Source: Epiperipatus broadwayi
Lineage: Eukaryota > Animalia > Onychophora
Direction of reading: 5' to 3'
Length of the DNA stretch: 64,000 nucleotides
Assembly: GCA_028023455.1 (NCBI GenBank)
Contig: JAQFVV010000003.1
Location: 22,258,001-22,322,000, forward strand
Shown here: one piece after another, positions 55,595 through 64,000 of the stretch
Numbering within the stretch: position 1 is the first letter of the stretch
Layout: every line of letters starts with the position of its first letter
The notes under the pieces: model-generated
Told to the model about the DNA's origin: nothing
Databases searched by the model: none
The model's input: the letters and a program-made list of their open reading frames with translations, nothing else
Made by a program: the position numbers and the translations under genes

Positions 55595-56429
55595 CTAAGA
55601 GTCTTTGTTTATATGTTGTGTTAGTGGTTAGTAATATTCAAATATAAAGGGTGCTAATATGCACCTGTTATTTATTATAAAGTCAACGGACATTTATGAA
55701 AATAATATTAGGCATATATATGTGTATATGTAAATAAATAATAACTTATGATCTAATAAAACTGAAAATAATACGTATATTCCATAAGAATAATATGATA
55801 AAATCTCACAAGTGTTAATAATCAAATCATTATTTTTTGCTCTGCCTTGGAAAATAAAGTAAGTATCAAAATTATATTATCACTGTGAATATATAAAATA
55901 CAATTAATTCCATTCTTGCATGTTATTGATATAAGATCAAGTGTTTACCAGAAGAGCATCTTCTTCTGTTGGCAATAATAATAATGATTTGAGTGTTAAC
56001 ATCTGTGCGACCTTCAAATGTTGCTTTTGCAAAAGGTTATGCCATGTGCGTGTATATACATATATTTATATAATTAAACCAAATAATAGCGTTATAAATA
56101 TGTATAAACAAATAAAATGATATAAACTCTTCATTGTGCTGCAATATATACTTCATGACAATTAAATCATTAACTCTGCAGAATCTATAATGGTATGGGA
56201 ACAACCTTAATGCCAATCTCATTCTTATCTTTTAATAATGCAAATATACCAACCTGCCATGAAAAGTAAATAATTAATGTTTAATTATCTATGAAGTTTG
56301 CCTGCAAATACAGCTATGAGTTAGCAAGCCTTTTTTTTTTTTAAAGATAACGTTTTAGGTATGCTGTGCCAACAACCCATATTTATTTCATTAGAGTATT
56401 TAACTTTTTAAATAAATAAAACGCAATGA

Positions 56430-57740
56430 TATATATATATGTAAGCAGTCTTTTTTGTGTTAAACAGCATATGGGCTTTCCACTATCACCTGTAATTGTT
56501 GATCTTTTCATGAATAATTTTGAAAATCAAGTATCATATGTAGCTATTAAGAGATGGATAAGATATGTGGGTGGTATATTTGTTACATGGCTTATGGTAT
56601 TGATTGATGTCTCAAATTTTTTTCTTGATTTCTTAATGATGGCATCATAATATTAAGTTTGCCATGTAAGTTGAAAATAATATTTTCTTTTCTAGATGTT
56701 TTAATTGCTAAAAAATATAATGACTCTAGCAGTATTTATAGTATATCCACCCATACAGATACCTTAATTTTAATTCTAATCATCATCCTACCATAAATTT
56801 TCTTTTGATGAGAACATAGGGTTCAGATAAAGATTACCTTACTCAAGAAATAGAATTATCTAAAAATGTTCTATTTTCTAATGTAAAACTTTACATAGCA
56901 TTGATACTAAGAAGAAAAAAGATGATAAAATTGACAACTCAATTACTTGTAGAGTTGTTTTGCCTTATATTAAAGGAGTCACTGATAAGATCAGTAGAAG
57001 ACTATCTAATTTCAATATTAAGACTACCATTTCCATTATCAAAAAATTGGTGATTTCCCCCCATAAACCTAAAGGCAGTACTTTTGGAATACCAAGGTGT
57101 CTATGAAATTCTGTGTTTACAGTGCTCAAGAAGTTATGTGGGTCAATCCAATAGAAAAATTAATGTCAGAATTAGGGAGCATAAAATTGCCTTCAATCAA
57201 AATTTAAATTCATCTGCTTTTACTTCATATTTTTTAGAAATTGGTCACACACTGAATTTTGATAATGCTAAAATTCTTATTAATTTGGAAAAAGTACGAT
57301 ATGAAAACCATAAGAGAATTTATTGAAATATTAAAAAGACCAAATTGCTTAAATAAATCTGATGAAGCACAATGTACTCCAGCTGTATGGAGATCATTCA
57401 TTTTATCTTTTTTTCTCTATATGTCAAAGCATTGACTGGGAAACGAACCAGGCCAGCTGCTTGAAAGGCAGTTATGCTAACTGCTAGACAACCAATGCTT
57501 GACATCATTTTTTATCTTTTTCTTCTAAAATCAACTTGAAATCAATTTATTGTAAAACTGAAAGAAATGAACATTTTGTTAATCCATCTATTCTGTATAA
57601 TCAATCATCAAATATATATAAAGAATGATTATTCTTTACTTAACGCTCAATCTCAATCTCATTTTAAGATATAATAGTTCTTCATAAAAACCTTACCCTC
57701 GACAATGATGAATAATATTTCATCAAAAAATCAGGAATTT
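56430..57740 (+). mobile_element. Penelope-like element relic (RT + GIY-YIG endonuclease)
   Basis: GFPLSPVIVDLFMNNFE...WIRYVGGIF (RT, YVDD decayed), VVLPYIKGVTDKISR, and GVYEILCLQCSRSYVGQSNRKINVRIREH (GIY-YIG). HHR-like end at 57696-57735. Confidence 0.9.
57405..57503 (-). mobile_element. tRNA-Gly-derived SINE-like copy inserted in the Penelope relic
   Basis: Same body as 30974-31045. Flanked by an imperfect direct repeat of about 20 bp (tcatt..ttatcttttt..tcta at about 57394 and 57505), consistent with a TPRT target-site duplication. Confidence 0.7.
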
Positions 57741-57914
57741 AATAAACAAAATAGCACAGTTTAACACAAAAGGACCTTATTTTCAATATATAACCATGAA
57801 AATGTTAAATATAATATATATATATACAACATTGATAAATTTTCCAGCACAGTATATGTTAATGCAACATCTCTAGTATTAATATATAAATAGTACATAC
57901 ATAATATTTATATA

Positions 57915-58755
57915 CACCTGGGTCTCTTTTTACGCAGACTTATTTAACACGATTCAGGTTTCACCGAAAGTCGAACTCTGATAATGCGCTATTACTTTAA
58001 ATAATAAATTTCGCGCACTTACGTTATATTGAAAGTAATAGCACATTATTGGAATTCAACTTTCATCTTAGTAATTTCAATATTTTCAGTGCTTTATAAT
58101 AGTAAGATTTTATGCAATAATGAAATTAAAATCATGATTTCCACATTTTATGTATACACATATTAAATTTTACAAGATTATAATGTAAATTTGTTCAAAC
58201 ATTGTGCGTGTTAATTTTGCATTTTAAATCACATTGTTTTTGCTTTTTAAAAAAGAACATAATCAATTATTATTTTCTTATTAATGACACTAATCATTAA
58301 CGTGCTCTTAAATTTCAATGAGAGTATGTCTGGATATTGCGAGCTTCGTAAACAATTAATAAAACTGTCGTCTCAAAGATTAATTATTAATTACGTTGTC
58401 ACCAGAAAATCATAATAATTAAAACGTGTATAAAAAAATGTAAATTACTGTACTGTAAATTATGCATAAAAATATATTATTTTGAATAAAATTAAATATT
58501 GTAGTTAAAAAAAGTTTGTCTTGTATCAATTTTTTTCAAATTTGAAATTTTTTATTAGTCACATTTTATTTCCTTATTTTTTTTTTGCGCGAATTTTAAA
58601 GTAATTTTACGTTGGTGCTTTGCTTTTATGCAAATTTTGAAAAATCACAGATTGCATCCCCCCTTTTTCAATGTAAGTTACGTCTATTTTTGCGCGATTT
58701 CGTTTGCACGTGTTTTCTGAGGAACCTATCTATCGCGTAAAACGAGACCCAGGTG
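57915..58755 (+). mobile_element. TA-flanked MITE, copy 3 (internally deleted)
   Basis: TA|CACCTGGGTCTC...GAGACCCAGGTG|TA; 841 bp versus 1015 and 1182 bp for the other copies. Confidence 0.9.
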
Positions 58756-61046
58756 TACTGGAAAAAGTATTTTACTTATAAATATTATTAAGTTCTGAAA
58801 ATATATTTGTTTAAAAAAAATAGTTATCACAATCTGTCATTTTGCTTATATAAAGATTCTCTGAATATTAAGACCACCAGCGGTTTTTAATTATCCCAGT
58901 CTAGTCAATCCTAAACTGTGCAATTTATGGTCGTAAAACCCTTTAAAAAATCTATGCTGATATCACCATTCAAACTAAAGAACTGATATACAATTTTGAT
59001 AGATCATTAGCAGCAAGAACATTTGTATCTACAAATATAGAGCTTTCCCCATACAGATACAACTGATCTTTTTTACTATTAATAATTCAAATGCATGCAA
59101 CCTTGCCAAACATTAAATAAGTTAGGAACAATATGTAAATTGAAATGTCAATCATTAGTACAAGTATTGGATTTACATTTATACCTTCTGACAGTAATAT
59201 TTTTGAATGACAATAGATTTTGGTCATTCGACAATGAAACTATCTTATATGTCATTGATTATTGATCTCTGTTTAGTAATAGTCTATTCTCTAATCAGCT
59301 TTCACAATAAGCATATTTGATTCCCCCCCCCCCACTTTGCTTAGATTCACTTTAGCAAAAATAAAAACATGTTTGTCTTCAAGATTCACCTTATGCTATA
59401 AATTACACATCATTATCACACTTCTATCATGCATAGAATCATGTATATCACCATGAACCCCAAATCAGTTTAAGATCAATTTTGGCCACAGAGTCTCTTC
59501 TTTCTCTGAGACATATTGATATTTCTAAAGTTGCCTTCCTTACTTATTAGACAAAGCTCTATCTAATTTACTTCATTTCTTCCAAATAATGCTCAAATAA
59601 CAATTGAATTGATAAAACAACAATTACTGAAATAACAAAAAATAAACAGATTACTAAATTACAAACTAAGAAGTTTATAAAATTCAATGGATTATCTCAA
59701 GTATGTGATAGCATTATTCGGGTGTAAATATAAAGGATGTGAAAATGATTACTGATCAAATATGTAATCTATTAGTTGGAGATCTGCTTGGATGGGATAC
59801 GTGAAAGTTAATGTATATAAAAAAAACAAATGATCGCTGCAAAAACATTAGCAAAGCAGTCCTTGTAAAATGCATGCATGGCAAGACCAATACTATAAAA
59901 AGTACAGACACTTAATAATGATTTTCCTACCCAATAATTATGAGAAAATTGGTTTTAATGTCATCCCTGGTAATAAAATTCGTAACTTTATTAACATTTT
60001 TTCAAATTATAAAGCACAATATAAATTATAATATTTTAACAATAAAGAAGAATTTCTATTACATCTTTCTATGCAGTTAACTTGGAAGGATTCCTCAAAG
60101 TATGAACAATTCTAAGATTGTTAAACTCTACAAGAACCACTACAAGTATGATACTATTAAGTATCAGTGACAACTGACATAACTACTTTTAAGAATAGTT
60201 AAGCAGCAGTTAAAAGCTCATAATATAAAGAAGCCCAAATCATGATCTGCAATTTTTTTTTAATTATATAAGAAAAATATTAACATTGTTTTTGTTTGCC
60301 CTGATTAAGAGTGATTAATTTTAAATAAACATATTCTATTTATTTTAAACAGATTACACTTAATCATTTATTTGTAACGGTGTAAAATGACACATTATAC
60401 ATTGTATCATAACAGATTATACAAATAATAATAATAGCAAAAAAATTATGAATATCTATTTACTTCTGTGTTTCATTTATGGATCTATTTTGTTTTTCTC
60501 AGATTACTGCATTCTGCAGTTGAAAAAATAATATAGTCCGATTGTGGGTAGCCTATAACTAATTAAAATATTGTAAGCGATAGCTTACAACCAACCTTCA
60601 CACTTGTCCCAATTTCTTTTACAATGTTTGAATTTAGACCAAGTGGTAGGCAAATAATTTATCCTACATACCTACTTATACACATATAGTATATAAACTA
60701 ATATGTTTGAGAAATTAATTCTTTTTTTTTATCTATTGTGAGAAAGCAAATAAATGTTTTATACATAAAGTATATATACATATAAACATATATATATATA
60801 TAAACTAGTATGTTTGTCTATTTGTAGAAGTTAATTGTTTTTTTATTTTTTTATTCATTAATATCATTAATTAAAAATACTAATTGATTGACTTATAGAA
60901 CAGACGTAATATAAGGTAAAAAAAATGTATATGAGGTCAGAATTGTTGTTAAATGATCGAGTTTGGAATAATGAAGATTAAATAAAAATAATAATAATGT
61001 TTTATAATTTTTTTTTTATTAAGTTGTAACAATAGGTTTTAGTTAG

Positions 61047-61096
61047 CATGAGGAAAACAATGCAGCATTCTTCTCTTGTGATTTAACAGCAGAACG
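61047..61096 (+). CDS. Putative exon of an unidentified gene (HEENNAAFFSCDLTAE(R))
   Basis: ttag acceptor and CG|gtcaag donor. Only one frame is open, and it joins the next two exons in phase. Confidence 0.5.
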
Positions 61097-61523
61097 GTCA
61101 AGACATAGAAATAGTCTTTTATTTATTTTTTTGTTTTAAAAAAGTAAATATTCAGCATTCAAAAATAATAAAATTTTAATATCTGTAGTTTCAAGATAAG
61201 ATAAAATCTTTATTTTGGATAGAAAAAACTGAAAAGTTAAACTTCAAATTATAATTAGCAGGAATGAACTAATGACTTAATTTATTCTGCAAATGGGAAT
61301 TCATTATTATAGAAATGATGGAAAAAAAATCTAAAAAAAAAAAAAATTTTGTGTTTTTTAAAAAATTTTTATATATTTGAAGCCACGTTATAAATAACAG
61401 TTTATAATAAAGGAATCATTACAATGTATTCTGGGTAAAAAGCCAATACTGTAGGACATTCCAAGCTAGCTTCAAGGTCATTATGAAATTATAAAAATTT
61501 TCCATCAAGATGTCTATTTACAG

Positions 61524-61601
61524 AACGCTGGTGTACAGCAATCTTCCATGGATTTATATACGTTCAGGAGAGATATTTCATGTGTTTGTTTTAATCAAGA
61601 G
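61524..61601 (+). CDS. Putative exon of an unidentified gene (TLVYSNLPWIYIRSGEIFHVFVLIK(R))
   Basis: tctatttacag acceptor, AG|gtatga donor, phase 2 to phase 2. Confidence 0.62.
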
Positions 61602-61923
61602 GTATGAAATTCATAAATAGCAATAGAATTGGTGAACAAGAAGTATGCATGGAGATTGACATTTGCTTTCCTCAAGATAACTATATTATGTTTGATTCAT
61701 GTGATTATAATTTTTTTTTGCTTTTGTCATTTCTATTTGAAAGTTTATGTATTGTAATTTTTTTTATTGTGTATTCAAGATTCATTTTTCAAATTTGATC
61801 ATCTTCAATTTAAAAGTGGAAGCAGTGGATGGATAAATAGCATATGTTGATGTATTTTTTAAAAAAGGAATCATAGTCAGTTAATATGTATAGTTTTTTT
61901 TTTTAATAAAAGTAAATTTACAG

Positions 61924-61971
61924 ATTCCTCTGGAAATTCAACATTGATCCATCAAGGCGACCTCACCTAAA
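61924..61971 (+). CDS. Putative exon of an unidentified gene (FLWKFNIDPSRRPHL(K/N))
   Basis: tttacag acceptor, AA|gtaaga donor, phase 2 to phase 2, open only in a frame compatible with the previous exon's phase-2 end. Confidence 0.62.
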
Positions 61972-62749
61972 GTAAGATTTTTATATATTTAATATTGAGG
62001 GCAAACTTTAGGACAAACAAAACTATTTTGTTTACTAATAAGTTTTGATAATATTTACTATAATTTTGTTTTATTTCTGAGTGCACAATGAACCACTTGA
62101 ATACATGTTTTTCTGTTTTGTATCTATCATTAACTGACTAAGACTTACACACATATATAAATGGAAATGGGGCTATATATATATTTAATAAAAAAAAAAA
62201 TTATAAATATATTTACCCTAACCTAAAAATATCATTCTAATAATTACATTAATGGGGTAATTTTAGAATTAGTGAACTCTCATTTTGCTTTTCTTTCTTT
62301 TTTTGTTTTATGTATATATTTAATGAATAATATAATATAATTTTGTATATAATGTACTTCAAATTATTTTGTTTCTGTTGTGTGAAGCCATCCAAATGAT
62401 AGAAAATCATTTTTGATAACCGAATATTTATTTATTTTATTCATTTGTAAATAATTATTATATATGTTGTTAATAAACGTATTAAGTTGTTTAAATCAAT
62501 CTGATCTCTGTTTGATCATCACCATCATCATTGTGCATTTACACCATTAAAGGTTTGATGATGATCATCATCATGTATTGCTCTTTTAAATAATTGATCA
62601 TCATCATCAGTATTTTTCTATATCTATGCTTATATATAGGCATATTTGTTTAATAATTAAGTAAGTCCATCCCTGAAGAGAGTGACTGCAAGAACTCCCT
62701 GAGTTTGAATTCTGTGGTGTAATGGGGCTTAAAAAGGGAGATGTAATGA

Positions 62750-62821
62750 GTATGCATTGGTCTAGGTCATATTGAAAGTAGATGTGTATGCATTGGTCTA
62801 GGTCATATTGAAAGTAGATGT
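62750..62821. repeat. Perfect 36-bp tandem duplication
   Basis: gtatgcattggtctaggtcatattgaaagtagatgt x2. Confidence 0.95.
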
Positions 62822-63399
62822 GACTTGGAACTGGGCATTCCATTGTAACATCTTTAGCATCCTATTTGAAGGCCTAGGTCTGACAGTAGTGAGATGTGCT
62901 TCCTTTGTTATATGCCATTCCTGATTCAGTAACATCTGACACACCCAAATGGGATGTCGAATCATAGATTTTGGGTATGACTTGTTGTAGTTTGGCTGAC
63001 ACATTTCATTCAAATCATCCAACTACTTAGCCATATTCACATTGTCGTATGGTGTACCCAGCGGTTCCGTTATAATATATAACTATGTAGCTTATGTTCA
63101 GATCAGTTGGACAAAGGAATTTGTTGTTAATTGAAAGGAGACCCATTGATTCCCCTTGGAGGCCTTAAAAAAACCAATCAGGGCAAATTCCTATATGTCC
63201 ATTTCATACTCGCTTACCAACATGCATTAACCAGCATGGTGAGTTTTTTAGATTTTTACCTCGAGTCTAAGATCAAGAAACACCATGGGCTTTCTTTTCT
63301 GTTGCCTGATAACTTTTAACAGTAATCAGTTGAGTTTTCCTAAAGATAAAAATATTTTTTTTCTTCTAATAGATATTTAAAATAATTGACAGACAAAAA

Positions 63400-64000
63400 T
63401 AAATCATGGCCCTTAAACCCAGGAGGCAGCGGTTGGTGGCTGAAGGTTCTAAGAATCTCTTGGTTGCAGACCCAGGCTGCCATTTAATGATGTTTTATTT
63501 AGGTATTTACAACTACAAATCACTTTCAAGTAAAAGAAGATTGCAAGAATTGGAAGGAGTACTATCTCATATTAAATGGCATAATATTGGATTTTGTGAA
63601 GTTAAAAAAAAAGATGAAGAGACAATTGGTTTAAAAAGTGGGCATGTACTGTACTACAAAGGCACAAACATACAAAGTACAAGTAGAATAAGATTCATTA
63701 TAAATAAAAAATGAAAAAATAACATTGTGTAGAGTGATGGTATATCAGACAGAGTGGCAAGATTAGTTATTCAACTTAATAGCAGATATCGAATGCAGAT
63801 AATTCAGATTTATGCTCCAAGTTCTCATTGTGATAACAAAATAGAGGATTTTTATATAAAGATACAAAAGGCTTTTGATCAGATATTTTTAAATTCGAGA
63901 GACTTTACTGCTAGAATTGGTAAACAATGAACAAATGAAAGTGCTGCGTGTAAATTTGGTTATAGTGATAGAAATAAGAAATTGTAGAATTTTCAGAAAA
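63400..64000 (+). mobile_element. RTE-like LINE 5' part, apurinic endonuclease domain, decayed and running off the window
   Basis: YNYKSLSSKRRLQELE...IGFCEVK (YN.RTL...IG..E.R), ISDRVARLVI, IIQIYAPSS and RDFTARIG (GDFNA.IG), with internal stops. Confidence 0.85.

Noticed and set aside
55949-56002. Candidate WDR73 exon (MLTLKSLLLLPTEEDALL) with cag/gtaaac boundaries
   Set aside because: Fits only the alternative phase-0 acceptor, has a poor polypyrimidine tract and unconvincing similarity; left unannotated pending RNA-seq.
59470-59520. Minus-strand SEKEETLWPK resembling human WDR73 HEKEESLWPR
   Set aside because: Bounded by nearby stops with no usable splice sites, and the equivalent region seems covered by exon 55464-55594; probably chance.
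63131-63319. ORF or exon with a gtgagt donor as the next exon of the plus-strand gene
   Set aside because: In the required phase 2 it reaches a stop after about 10 codons; the open frame is not phase-compatible.

Overview
Very AT-rich eukaryotic genomic DNA, probably arthropod and possibly arachnid (organism is an inference). The main gene is a WDR73 orthologue on the minus strand. Four coding exons (55464-55594, 53954-54315, 25190-25226, 16110-16330) splice in consistent phase across introns of about 1.1, 28.7 and 8.9 kb; its 5' exons were not found. Three in-phase plus-strand exons of an unidentified gene lie at 61047-61971. The rest is mostly transposon debris: LINE/RTE relics, a Penelope-like element, two hAT transposase relics, three copies of a TA-flanked MITE, an hAT MITE with an 8-bp TSD, a pogo-like element, a SPIN/URR1-like fragment, a tRNA-Gly-derived SINE family and several satellites. 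The most interesting signal is a set of minimal type I hammerhead ribozyme (HHR) motifs. One six-copy family also carries a downstream tRNA-like (B-box) segment. One separate copy at 35286-35324 is near-intact. Several HHRs sit at the inner junction of long foldback inverted repeats inside WDR73 introns. All alignments and foldings were done by eye and need computational confirmation.
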